Source: Acidobacteriota bacterium (lineage in GTDB: Bacteria; Acidobacteriota; Vicinamibacteria; Vicinamibacterales; UBA2999). Taken from it: DNA of 64,000 nt. The position numbers and the translations under genes were made by a program. Below, in pieces: positions 51,935 to 63,631 of this stretch. Under the pieces are notes generated by a model. That model worked only from the letters and a program-made list of their open reading frames with translations. It did not search any database and was not told the origin of the DNA. Where the stretch lies: the NCBI GenBank assembly GCA_009694735.1, contig SHUG01000005.1, forward strand, positions 1,390 through 65,389. The letters are read 5' to 3'. Within the stretch, counting starts at the first letter, position 1, and each line of letters begins with the position of its first letter.

Positions 51935-53971
51935 ATGCGCATTGCCCTCATTGTCCTGACCGTCAGCCTCACCGCGCAGACGCCCGATCGCGGTTGGCCC
52001 ATGCACGGTGGCGAGAACAACATCCGCTATTCGTCGCTGGCCCAGATCAACAAGTCGAACGTCGCGCAGTTGAAGGTGGCGTGGACCTACGATTCCCACG
52101 ACGCCTTTCCGGCCTCAGAAATGCAGAGCCATCCCGTCGTCGTCGATGGCACCCTCTACGTCACGACACCCAGCATGAAAGTAGCGGCGGTTGATGCCGC
52201 GACGGGGCAGGAACGCTGGACTTTCAACCTGGCGCCCGCCGGGTCGCCGCGCGCGCGGTTTCGCCATCGCGGTGTCACGGTGCACCAGGATCGCGTGTTC
52301 GCGACGTACCGCAATTTTCTCTATGCGATCGATCGCACCACCGGCAAGCCGATCACGTCGTTCGGCACCGACGGCCGCATCGACCTGCGCGAGGGATTGG
52401 GATTGCCGGTCGAGCGCGCCAGCGTCAGCGCCAGTACTCCGGGCGCGATCTTCGAAGATCTGATCATCTTCGGCAGCAGCGTCCCCGAGACGTTGCCGGG
52501 GACGCCCGGTCACATCCGCGCTTTCGACGTACGCACTGGCAAGCTGCGGTGGATCTTCCACACCATCCCGCAGCCGGGTGAGTTCGGCTCCGAGACCTGG
52601 CCGAAGGGGCCAACCCTCTCCGGTGGTGCGAATGCGTGGGCCGGTGTCACGGTGGATCAGGGCAACGCGATGGTGTTCGCCGCCACGGGATCCGCGTCGT
52701 TCGACTGGTACGGCGTCAATCGCCATGGCGACAACCTGTTTGCCGACTCAGTGCTGGCACTCGACGCGCGCACCGGCAAGCGCGTGTGGCACTACCAGAT
52801 CATCAAGCACGATCTGTGGGATTGGGACCTGCCCACGGCGCCGAACCTGGTCACCGTGACCCGTGACGGCAAGCCGGTGCAGGCGGTCGCGCAACTGACC
52901 AAGCACGGCTACGTCTTCGTGCTGGATCGCAACACCGGCACGCCGTTGTTCCCCGTGGAAGAGCGGCGAGCGCCGGAATCGACTATCGACGGCGAACGAG
53001 CCGCCGCGCGCCAACGGCATCCACTACAGCCGCCACCGTTCACGCGCCAGCAGATGACGGCTGCGATGATCACGACGCGGACACCGGCAGCACATGCGGC
53101 GGTGCTCGCGCAGTTCAAGGAGTTGACGAGCGGTCCCCTGTTTACGCCGCCCACGAGCGGCCTGATCGTGTTCCCAGGTGTGGATGGCGGTGTCGAGTGG
53201 GGCGGTGGCGCGTTCGATCCCGACACCGGCCTGCTCTACGTCAACGCCAACGAGATGCCGTGGATCATGCGGCTGATCCCTAACACCGACACCGCGCTCT
53301 ACGGCAGCAAATGCGCGTCGTGCCATCGTTCGGATCGTACCGGTGGACCTCAGGCGCCGTCACTGGTGGAGGTGGGGAAGCGGATGTCACGCGACCAGAT
53401 CGCGAGCCTCATCCGCACGGGCACCGGCCGCATGCCCGGCTTCCCCGATATGGGCGCCAAGAACATCAACGACGTCGTCGAGTTCCTCGTCACCGGCAAG
53501 GATCAGGCGAGCGACCCGGCGATCGCCGCCGATCCCAATCGCCTGAAGTACCGAAACGACGGCGAGGTGCTGTGGCGCGATCCGGACGGGTATCCGCCAA
53601 TCACCCCGCCGTGGGGCACCTTGAACGCGATCGATCTGAACGCCGGCACCATGCGATGGCGTAAGCCGCTCGGTGAGTATCCGGAGCTGGTCGCGAAAGG
53701 CATGACCGACACGGGCAGCGACAACTACGGTGGCCCGGTGGTCACGGCCGGCGGACTGCTGTTCATTGCCGCCACCAACTTCGACAAAAAGATTCGCGCC
53801 TTCGACAAGCTGACCGGCGATCTGCTGTGGGAGTTCACGCTGCCGTTTGCCGGCAGCGCCACACCGTCCAGCTACATGCTGAACGGCAAGCAGTACCTCG
53901 TGATCGCCTGTGGCGGCGGCAAGAACGGCGCCCCGTCGGGCAGCACGATCGTCGCCTTCGCCCTGCCGTGA
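51935..53971 (+). CDS. PQQ-dependent dehydrogenase with an internal c-type cytochrome domain
   Basis: Start ATG 51935. 8-blade quinoprotein motifs. CASCH (53312-53326) plus RMPGF Met are inserted before the last blades. Confidence 0.85.
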   Translation: MRIALIVLTVSLTAQTPDRGWPMHGGENNIRYSSLAQINKSNVAQLKVAWTYDSHDAFPASEMQSHPVVVDGTLYVTTPSMKVAAVDAATGQERWTFNLAPAGSPRARFRHRGVTVHQDRVFATYRNFLYAIDRTTGKPITSFGTDGRIDLREGLGLPVERASVSASTPGAIFEDLIIFGSSVPETLPGTPGHIRAFDVRTGKLRWIFHTIPQPGEFGSETWPKGPTLSGGANAWAGVTVDQGNAMVFAATGSASFDWYGVNRHGDNLFADSVLALDARTGKRVWHYQIIKHDLWDWDLPTAPNLVTVTRDGKPVQAVAQLTKHGYVFVLDRNTGTPLFPVEERRAPESTIDGERAAARQRHPLQPPPFTRQQMTAAMITTRTPAAHAAVLAQFKELTSGPLFTPPTSGLIVFPGVDGGVEWGGGAFDPDTGLLYVNANEMPWIMRLIPNTDTALYGSKCASCHRSDRTGGPQAPSLVEVGKRMSRDQIASLIRTGTGRMPGFPDMGAKNINDVVEFLVTGKDQASDPAIAADPNRLKYRNDGEVLWRDPDGYPPITPPWGTLNAIDLNAGTMRWRKPLGEYPELVAKGMTDTGSDNYGGPVVTAGGLLFIAATNFDKKIRAFDKLTGDLLWEFTLPFAGSATPSSYMLNGKQYLVIACGGGKNGAPSGSTIVAFALP

Positions 53972-53979
53972 GGCTCCCG

Positions 53980-55131
53980 ATGGCAATGATGTTGCGCCGC
54001 GTTGCGCTCCGTAGGTTGTTGATCTTCATCAGCGTGATGGCCGGATTATCGGTCGCCGCGCGCGGCCTGGAATCGCAGGCCGGCCGTGATGCCGCACCCG
54101 TGTTCCAGGTCGATCCGGCATGGCCCACGCTGCCGAAGCAGTGGATTCTTGGCCAGGTCTCGGGCGTGGCCACCGATGCCCAGGACCATGTCTGGGTTCT
54201 TCAGCGCCCGTGGTCGATCAACAGCGACGAGAAGAGAAAGAATACGGAAGCCGAATGCTGTGAGGCGGGTCCGCCGGTCATGGAGTTCGATTCATCAGGC
54301 AACTACGTGCAGGGTTGGGGTGGCAAGCCGGCTGATGGCAGCTACGAGTGGCCCGAAGACGAACACGGCCTCCACGTCGATTACAAACGCAACGTGTGGG
54401 TGTCGTCCGCGGGCGGGCCACGCATGGGCGAGGGCAAAGAGAACTTCCTGGTGAAGTTCACCAGCACCGGAAAATTCCTGCTGCAGATCGGCCGCCGCGC
54501 GATGAGCAAGGGCAGCCTCGACACCGCCCACTTGAACAACGCCGCCGATATGTGGGTGCATGCGGCGAGCAACGAAGTGTTCGTCGCCGATGGCTATCGC
54601 AACCGCCGCGTGATCGTGTTCGACGCCGATACCGGCGCGTTTAGGCGCATGTGGGGCGCCTACGGCAACCCGCCCGACGACCAGGCGCCCAAGACGTTTG
54701 TCGGCGAAGGGCCGGGCCCGACGCAGTTCAACACCGTGCATGGCATCAAGGTGTCGAACGACGGCCTGGTCTACGTCAACGATCGGCTGAACAACCGCCT
54801 GCAGGTCTTCACCGTTGATGGGAAGTTCCAGCGCGAGATCTTCATCGAGCGCAAGACGCAGTTACTCGGGACGTCGTTCAATACCGCGTTCTCGCCGGAT
54901 CGCGAGCAGCGCTGGCTCTACGTCGCCGACGCGGGCAACGGCCGCGTCCACATCTTCGATCGCAAGAGCCTGGCGGAGGTGGGTGCCTTCGGCCGCATTG
55001 GCCGCTACGCTGGCCAGTTCATCTTCATGCACAACCTGGCCACCGACTCGCGCGGAAATCTGTACGTGAGTGAGGTCGGTACCGGCCGCCGGGTCCAGAA
55101 GTTCGTGTTGCAGGCGCGCCCCGCACGATGA
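53980..55131 (+). CDS. NHL-repeat six-bladed propeller protein (peptidylglycine amidating-lyase-like)
   Basis: Start ATG 53980. Repeats VADGYRNRRVIVFD, VNDRLNNRLQVF, VADAGNGRVHIFD, VSEVGTGRRVQKF. Confidence 0.75.
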   Translation: MAMMLRRVALRRLLIFISVMAGLSVAARGLESQAGRDAAPVFQVDPAWPTLPKQWILGQVSGVATDAQDHVWVLQRPWSINSDEKRKNTEAECCEAGPPVMEFDSSGNYVQGWGGKPADGSYEWPEDEHGLHVDYKRNVWVSSAGGPRMGEGKENFLVKFTSTGKFLLQIGRRAMSKGSLDTAHLNNAADMWVHAASNEVFVADGYRNRRVIVFDADTGAFRRMWGAYGNPPDDQAPKTFVGEGPGPTQFNTVHGIKVSNDGLVYVNDRLNNRLQVFTVDGKFQREIFIERKTQLLGTSFNTAFSPDREQRWLYVADAGNGRVHIFDRKSLAEVGAFGRIGRYAGQFIFMHNLATDSRGNLYVSEVGTGRRVQKFVLQARPAR

Positions 55132-55162
55132 TGGGTGGGTCACTCTTTCAAGGAGAATGTGC

Positions 55163-55819
55163 ATGCGTGTTCGGTTCCTGCTGTCGGTTGTGGTGTTGTC
55201 TGGCGTGATGGGCGCCCTCTCGTTCGCCCAGGCCATTCCTGATGTGAAGCTGGCGCCGTCTCCGCTGGGACAAGCTGCAATCCAGGTGGGCGGCAAATGG
55301 GACAAGACGGCCGAGGGCGGCCAAACCTATCGCGATGGCAAGTGGATCGTCGTGGACTACGGCCGTCCGCTCCTGCGCGGGCGCCAGGACATCTTCGGAG
55401 CGGGCGCCGACTACGGCAAATTCGTCAACGCGGGCGCCCCGGTCTGGCGTGCTGGCGCGAACGACACCACCCGGTTGACGACGCAAGTGCCGCTTGAGAT
55501 CGGCGGCAAGACCATCGCGCCTGGGGTCTATAACGTGTTTGTCGAACTGAAGCCGGGTAACTGGACGCTGGTGATGAGTACGCAGCCGGTTCAGGAAAAG
55601 TTCGACCCGAACGACAAGGTCAGGCTGTCGGGCGCCACCAACTACGATCCGAAGTTCGATGTTCTCCGTGCGCCGATGACCGTGCGCGCCAGCGATGCAT
55701 CGACCGAGCAGTTCACGATCTGGTTCACTAACGTCAGCGACTCCAGCGCCACCCTGTCGATGGCGTGGGAAAAGACGCTGGCGACGGTCGACCTCAAGGT
55801 CGTCGCGGGATCGAAGTAG
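55163..55819 (+). CDS. DUF2911-family secreted protein
   Basis: AAGGAG Shine-Dalgarno sequence. The pattern SP...V.YGRP...GR.IFG...VWRAGANDTT...G..I.PG.Y is typical of DUF2911. Confidence 0.7.
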   Translation: MRVRFLLSVVVLSGVMGALSFAQAIPDVKLAPSPLGQAAIQVGGKWDKTAEGGQTYRDGKWIVVDYGRPLLRGRQDIFGAGADYGKFVNAGAPVWRAGANDTTRLTTQVPLEIGGKTIAPGVYNVFVELKPGNWTLVMSTQPVQEKFDPNDKVRLSGATNYDPKFDVLRAPMTVRASDASTEQFTIWFTNVSDSSATLSMAWEKTLATVDLKVVAGSK

Positions 55820-55823
55820 CCGC

Positions 55824-57344
55824 ATGCGCCTGGCCCTGTTGATTGCGGCGGCGAGCGTTCTCGCGCAAACGGCAGCGCCGGTACGGCCGCTGTGGGTGGA
55901 CGTCACCGCCCTCGGCCCGACCAAGTACTGGACCAACAAGGTGGAGATCGCCGACTTGAACGGCGATGGTCGCCCCGACTTGTTGTTTGCCAACGGTGGC
56001 GACTACTCAACGCCGGGAACTCCGGAACCAAACCAGGTATTCATGAACACTGGACCCGGCCTTCGCTTCACCGAGGCCACCGCCCAGGTGCTCGGCGACA
56101 CGCCCGACCTTGCCCGCGTCATCAAGGCGCGTGATCTCGATGCCGACGGCTTGGTTGACATCATCGTCGGCACCACCTACCAGACGCAGAGCCGGTTGTT
56201 CATGGGCGCCGGGCAGGGCCGCTTTATTGAAGTCACGAAAACACATCTGCCGGCGATGCCGCTCAGCATCGGCGACCTCGAGCCTGGCGACGTTGATGGC
56301 GACGGCGATCTCGATTTGCTGCTCGCTGATTGGGGGCCTGGTAACAACATGACCAACGATGGCGGTCGGACGCGCCTGTGGTTGAACGATGGCGCCGGTC
56401 GCTTCACGGATGCCACCGCTGCTCGCATGCCCGACATCCGCGTGCGCTTCTCCTGGGATCTGGAATTGGCCGATGTCGACAACGACGCCGACCTCGACGC
56501 GCTGGTGTCGTGCAAGCGTTGCCCCGGCAGCCACCTGTTCCGCAACGACGGTGCCGGCACCTTTACGGACGATTCCCGCGGCATGCCGCAGTACACGAAC
56601 AACTACGAGTTCGAAGCCATGGATCTCGATGGCGATGGCTGGCTCGACCTGGTGACCATGAACGACGGAGAGATCGTGGGTGGCAACAGTTCGAGCCGTC
56701 GCGAGCACGTCTTCCACAACGACGGCAAGGGCCGCTTTCGCGACGTCACCGACGCGTGGTGGCCGCTCGCCGCCAACGTCGGCGAAGACGACAACATGGT
56801 CGCGTTCCTGGATTACGACTCCGACGGCGACGCCGATTTCGTGGTCGGCTCGCTGAGCGGTTCCGATCGCCTGCTGATTAACGATGGCAAGGGGCACCTC
56901 TCGGTCGCGCTCGATGTGTTTGATGGCGAGCCGACGCCGGGCACGCTCGGCATCGCGCTGGCCGATCTCGATGGTGACGGTCGCATCGACGTGGTGCAGG
57001 CACAAGGCGAGCACCCGAAGGCGGTCGACGAGCGGGTGTTCTCGGGCCGCGGCCTGGCGGCCGACACCGCCGCGCCTTCGGTGACGATGGCGGGCGTCAA
57101 GGACGCTGGTGGCCGCGCGGTGGTGCATGCGCGCGTGCACGATCGCAAGTGTCCGAGCCTGGCCACCGAGTGGAAGAAGGTGGTCGTGGAATGGACGACG
57201 CCGGTGGGGGTGCGTGAAGTGGCCATGCGATGGTACGGCGAGTACCTCTGGCGCGCGGAGTGGCCGGCGAACATCGACCGCGCGGCGACCTATCGCGTGT
57301 GCGCCACCGACGCTGCGGGTAACGCGTCGTGTGGCCACCGATGA
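55824..57344 (+). CDS. FG-GAP/VCBS-repeat (integrin-alpha-like propeller) protein
   Basis: Repeated D-x-D/N-x-D-G-x-x-D calcium-type loops (DLNGDGRPD, DLDADGLVD, DVDGDGDLD, DVDNDADLD, DLDGDGWLD, DYDSDGDAD, DLDGDGRID). Confidence 0.8.
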   Translation: MRLALLIAAASVLAQTAAPVRPLWVDVTALGPTKYWTNKVEIADLNGDGRPDLLFANGGDYSTPGTPEPNQVFMNTGPGLRFTEATAQVLGDTPDLARVIKARDLDADGLVDIIVGTTYQTQSRLFMGAGQGRFIEVTKTHLPAMPLSIGDLEPGDVDGDGDLDLLLADWGPGNNMTNDGGRTRLWLNDGAGRFTDATAARMPDIRVRFSWDLELADVDNDADLDALVSCKRCPGSHLFRNDGAGTFTDDSRGMPQYTNNYEFEAMDLDGDGWLDLVTMNDGEIVGGNSSSRREHVFHNDGKGRFRDVTDAWWPLAANVGEDDNMVAFLDYDSDGDADFVVGSLSGSDRLLINDGKGHLSVALDVFDGEPTPGTLGIALADLDGDGRIDVVQAQGEHPKAVDERVFSGRGLAADTAAPSVTMAGVKDAGGRAVVHARVHDRKCPSLATEWKKVVVEWTTPVGVREVAMRWYGEYLWRAEWPANIDRAATYRVCATDAAGNASCGHR

Positions 57345-57374
57345 CACAGATCACAGCCACGGATTCGACGCAGA
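57340..57374 (+). repeat. two copies of the dispersed GATGACRCAGAT motif at a gene 3' end
   Basis: GATGACACAGAT at 57340-57351 (overlaps stop TGA 57342-57344). GACGCAGAT at 57366-57374. Confidence 0.7.
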
Positions 57375-57418
57375 TCAGGGATCCGGCAGAGCCGCCCAGA
57401 CACGGCGGCCCGCCGGGA

Positions 57419-58624
57419 TCAACGCATCTTCACCGGCCCGATTGGCGGCGTCGGCAGTCCGAGGTCACCGAGCGTATGCACCGCAACCCAGCGCCGGAAA
57501 AAAGGGTTGTCGTAGGTATAGCCCGTGGCCGTCGGTGCCTTCTCCAGGATGCCGGCGTCGATCAACGCCACGGCCGTGTTGGTGGCGGCTCCTGAACTGC
57601 GCAGGCCAAACCGCGTCAGCGACTCGTGCGTCGTCAGGCCTTCGCTACTGGCCGATACGGCTCGCAGCACGTTCTGCTGCGGCGGCGTGAGCCCGTCCCA
57701 CGCCGACCGGATCGCCGCATCCTGTTCGGCGACGATGTCGTCGAAGGCCTGATCGACTTCGTTCGCCGCCGGCGACCTGGTGGCCCTGGCGCGCTCGAAG
57801 CACCTTCGCGCCACCTGGACGACATCCCGCGTGCGCGGGCCGGCCAGGGCCACCACGCGCGCGCCGGCGCCCTTGGCCTTCACGGTGTGACGGGTCATCC
57901 GGTCGTCGATCCAGGCAGCCAGGTGCGCGGAGTCGATCGGACCGAGCGCCAGCTGATCGAGCAGTCCGTAGAAGGCGCGGCCCTTGCCGAGCATCCGCTC
58001 GATCAGATGCGCCTCCGATCCCGCGAGCACGTAGCTGACGTGCGAATGGTGTTGAATCGCGCCGCGCAAGTGCCATTCGGCGTCTTCTCCACCGTAGCGA
58101 TGGATCTCCTGAAACTCGTCGAGCACCAGGCCAATCGTGGTCTTGCGGCTCTTGGCCATGGCTTCGACGGTGTCGAGCGTGGCCGCCAGCGAGGCGCGCT
58201 GCGCGTCGAGCGAGGCGCTCCTGAGCGCCACGTCCAAGCTCGGCAGAATCAGGCCGGTGGCCGGGTCTGGCGTGAGCGACACCGAGACGCCCAATCGCGA
58301 CACGAGGTCGCTGGCGGCGTCTTTCCACTTGCGTCCCAGCGCCCGCGCGGCGGCGTCGAGAATGCGGTTGGCAATGTCAGCCACGGTTGACACGGTCGAC
58401 AGGTCGGCGAGAAACGCGGCGCCGCCGCGGCGCTCGGCCCGGCGGATGGCCTCGGTCACCAGCGAGGTTTTGCCCATGCGTCGGGGCCCGTACACCACGA
58501 TTTTGGCCCCGGGCTCCGCCAGGGTGGCGCTGATCCGCCTCAGCTCCGCTCCCCGGTCTGTGAAATAGCTGTCCGAGACCACGCCGTGGATGCGAAACGG
58601 GTTGACCGGGACGGCCAGCGTCAT
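57419..58624 (-). CDS. AAA+ ATPase of the archaeal-type ATPase (ATPase_2/DUF234-like) family with C-terminal winged-helix-like region
   Basis: Walker A GPRRMGKTS and Walker B LVLDEFQEI. I prefer ATG 58624 (MTLAVPVNPF) over the track start 58645. Confidence 0.8.
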   Translation of the reverse strand: MTLAVPVNPFRIHGVVSDSYFTDRGAELRRISATLAEPGAKIVVYGPRRMGKTSLVTEAIRRAERRGGAAFLADLSTVSTVADIANRILDAAARALGRKWKDAASDLVSRLGVSVSLTPDPATGLILPSLDVALRSASLDAQRASLAATLDTVEAMAKSRKTTIGLVLDEFQEIHRYGGEDAEWHLRGAIQHHSHVSYVLAGSEAHLIERMLGKGRAFYGLLDQLALGPIDSAHLAAWIDDRMTRHTVKAKGAGARVVALAGPRTRDVVQVARRCFERARATRSPAANEVDQAFDDIVAEQDAAIRSAWDGLTPPQQNVLRAVSASSEGLTTHESLTRFGLRSSGAATNTAVALIDAGILEKAPTATGYTYDNPFFRRWVAVHTLGDLGLPTPPIGPVKMR

Positions 58625-58890
58625 GGCGTTAGCGTCACCACACAAGCATACTGTATGTATGTAAACTTTATAAATACAAACTTTATAAATACACAGTCTT
58701 CGCCATTCTCCAGCGCGGGAGCTGTGAACTCAAGCCAGCGTTGCAGGTCCGACACGTCCGTAGAACGGGCGGCATCTTCGGTGAGCAATGGTTCGTCGAA
58801 GTAGGTCTTCACCAAGCCCTCGATCAGGATCACGGACAGCTGGCCGAGGAGCCCGTCCGAGACGAGCTCGTTGTGTCGTAGCGTTAGCAC
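58621..58890 (-). CDS. hypothetical small ORF, uncertain
   Basis: GTG start. The first 65 or so codons have genome-like GC3. The last 22 or so codons run through a 25%-GC tandem repeat. Stop overlaps the ATPase ATG as ATGA. Confidence 0.3.
   Translation of the reverse strand: MLTLRHNELVSDGLLGQLSVILIEGLVKTYFDEPLLTEDAARSTDVSDLQRWLEFTAPALENGEDCVFIKFVFIKFTYIQYACVVTLTP
58647..58692 (-). promoter_or_regulatory. AT-rich block: 11-nt palindrome CATACTGTATG plus exact 15-bp tandem duplication AAACTTTATAAATAC x2
   Basis: 58647-58657 palindrome. 58663-58677 and 58678-58692 are identical. TATAAA-type -10 candidates lie on the minus strand 40-70 nt upstream of the ATPase start. Confidence 0.5.
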
Positions 58891-58926
58891 TGCCGCCGCA
58901 GTCGAGAAAGCCCGCGCGATCCCGCG

Positions 58927-61593
<2,667 letters not shown>

Positions 61594-61663
61594 GGTTGCC
61601 AGGAGTATACGGGTGGAACCGGCGCCAAGATCGACGACCCTGATCGCCGGTACGCGGTCGGGC

Positions 61664-63622
61664 TCAGTCCTGCTTTGGAACCGGCAGCGTGAACGCCATG
61701 AGCGACGCATCCGGGCCCGTGCTCGTCGCCACCAGCACGAACTGGCGGCCCGAACGTGAGCGGTAGGTCATCGGCGTTCCCGTCACGCGCCGCGTCGTCA
61801 GGGGCAACCTCCACAGTTCACGGCCCGTCGCCAGGTCAAGGGCATGGAAGGCCAAGTCGTTGCCGCCGACAAACACCAGTCCGCCCGCCGTGCCAAGCAC
61901 GCCCGCCGCCCCGGCGGCGCCAAGCTGCTCGGGCAGTGCCACGCCCTTCAGCGCCGGGTGACTCCGCAGCAGCGGGTTGTCGCCGAAGGGCACGCGCCAC
62001 GCGATGGCGCCCTTGTTCAGATCGATTGCGACGACATGGCCGTACGGCGGCTTGAGCAGCGGCAGCGGTGGAAACGGACGGCCGTCGGCGTCCTTCCCCT
62101 CCGGGATGAAGTTGGTTGACGCGGACAGATCGCCGGTGAGCTCCGCGTCCACCTCAGCGGCGCGGGGGTTCGCCGGCGATCGGTCGGGCCGGACAATCCG
62201 CGCGATGCTGGCCCCGTTGGTGGTCTTGAAGACGAGCAGCCCGATTCGGGCGTCGAACGTCGCCCCGCCCCAATTGGCGCCGCCGATGGTGCCGGGCCTC
62301 ATCACCGTGCCCGCCATCGACGGCGGCGTGTAGAGCGGGCCGAGGCGGAACTGGCGGAGCGCGGCCTGCGCCTGCGCCTTCAACTCGGGCGTCAGATCGA
62401 AGGCATCGTCGAGCGTCATGCCCTGATCGCTGAACGGTGGCGGCGTGGTCGGGAACGGCTGCGTCGGCCAGGCCTCCTCGCCCTTGACGTCGCTCGGCGG
62501 CACCGGCCGCTCCTCGATCGGCCACACCGGCGCGCCCGTGACGCGATCGAAGACGAAGGCGAACCCCTGCTTGGTGAGCTGCACGACAGCGTCGATGCGC
62601 TTGCCGCCGGCGGTGATCGTGACGAGGTTCGGCGGCGAGGGCGGGTCGTAGTCCCAGATGCCGTGGTGCGCGATCTGGAAGTGCCACTTGCGCTTGCCGG
62701 TCTCGGCATCGATGCAGACGAGGGACTCGCCGTAAAGACCGGCGCCTTTCCGCGTGCCGCCGTAGAAGTCGTTGCTCGGCGTGCCCACCGGCGCGTAGAG
62801 CAGGCCCCGTTCCGCGTCGAGCGTCATCGGCGCCCAGGCGTTGGTGTGGCCGGTGACGCGCGTCGATCCTTCCTGCCACGTCTCGTGACCGGGCTCGCCG
62901 CGCTGCGGAATGGTATGGAAGCTCCACACCTGCCTGCCGGTGCGCGCGTCGAACGCGCGGATGTCGCCGGGCGGGTCGTTCTTGTAGACCAGGCGATCGC
63001 CGACGCCGTTGCCGAGAATGACCAGGTTCTTGTAGATCACGGGCGGCGACGTGTTCGTGTAGTGCGAGCGCTCAATCGGCCAGAGCAACCCCCGGCTGAG
63101 ATCGATGACGCCCTTCACACCGAATGTTTCCACGGGCTTCCCGGTCTCGGCGTCGAGGCAGATCAGCCGGTAGCGAGAGTTGAGGAACAGCCGCAGCTTC
63201 CCGCCGTCGCGCCAAGCCGCAAGGCCGCGATGCACGAACCCGGTGCCGTTGGGCGGCGGCCCGTCCGCGTACGCCCGCGGGTCGAACGCCCACTTCTGCT
63301 GCCCCGACTCGGCGTCGAGCGCGACGACGCGGTTGTACTGCGTCGTGACATACAGCACGTTGTCGATCATCAGCGGCGTGTTCTGGAAGTTGCCTGGGCG
63401 CGTGCCGAACTCCTCGATCGGCTTGTCCTCGGGCCGCCATTCCCAGGCCGTGACCAGACTCGAGACGTTCGTGCCGTTGATGTCGGCCAGCGGCGAGAAC
63501 TTCGTGCCGCCGGGGTCGCCGCCGTAGACCGGCCATTCCTGCATGGCCGGTTGCTGGGCGCGGGCCGCCACGGCGAGCGTCCCGGCCAGCAGCAGTGACA
63601 ACGCCGCGAATTTGGTGCGCAT
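61664..63622 (-). CDS. PQQ-dependent dehydrogenase (soluble quinoprotein, glucose/quinate family-like), secreted
   Basis: 652 aa. Signal peptide present. Propeller W-motifs. Paralogous to 51935-53971 but without the cytochrome insert. Confidence 0.85.
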   Translation of the reverse strand: MRTKFAALSLLLAGTLAVAARAQQPAMQEWPVYGGDPGGTKFSPLADINGTNVSSLVTAWEWRPEDKPIEEFGTRPGNFQNTPLMIDNVLYVTTQYNRVVALDAESGQQKWAFDPRAYADGPPPNGTGFVHRGLAAWRDGGKLRLFLNSRYRLICLDAETGKPVETFGVKGVIDLSRGLLWPIERSHYTNTSPPVIYKNLVILGNGVGDRLVYKNDPPGDIRAFDARTGRQVWSFHTIPQRGEPGHETWQEGSTRVTGHTNAWAPMTLDAERGLLYAPVGTPSNDFYGGTRKGAGLYGESLVCIDAETGKRKWHFQIAHHGIWDYDPPSPPNLVTITAGGKRIDAVVQLTKQGFAFVFDRVTGAPVWPIEERPVPPSDVKGEEAWPTQPFPTTPPPFSDQGMTLDDAFDLTPELKAQAQAALRQFRLGPLYTPPSMAGTVMRPGTIGGANWGGATFDARIGLLVFKTTNGASIARIVRPDRSPANPRAAEVDAELTGDLSASTNFIPEGKDADGRPFPPLPLLKPPYGHVVAIDLNKGAIAWRVPFGDNPLLRSHPALKGVALPEQLGAAGAAGVLGTAGGLVFVGGNDLAFHALDLATGRELWRLPLTTRRVTGTPMTYRSRSGRQFVLVATSTGPDASLMAFTLPVPKQD

Positions 63623-63631
63623 GGGTCAGCC

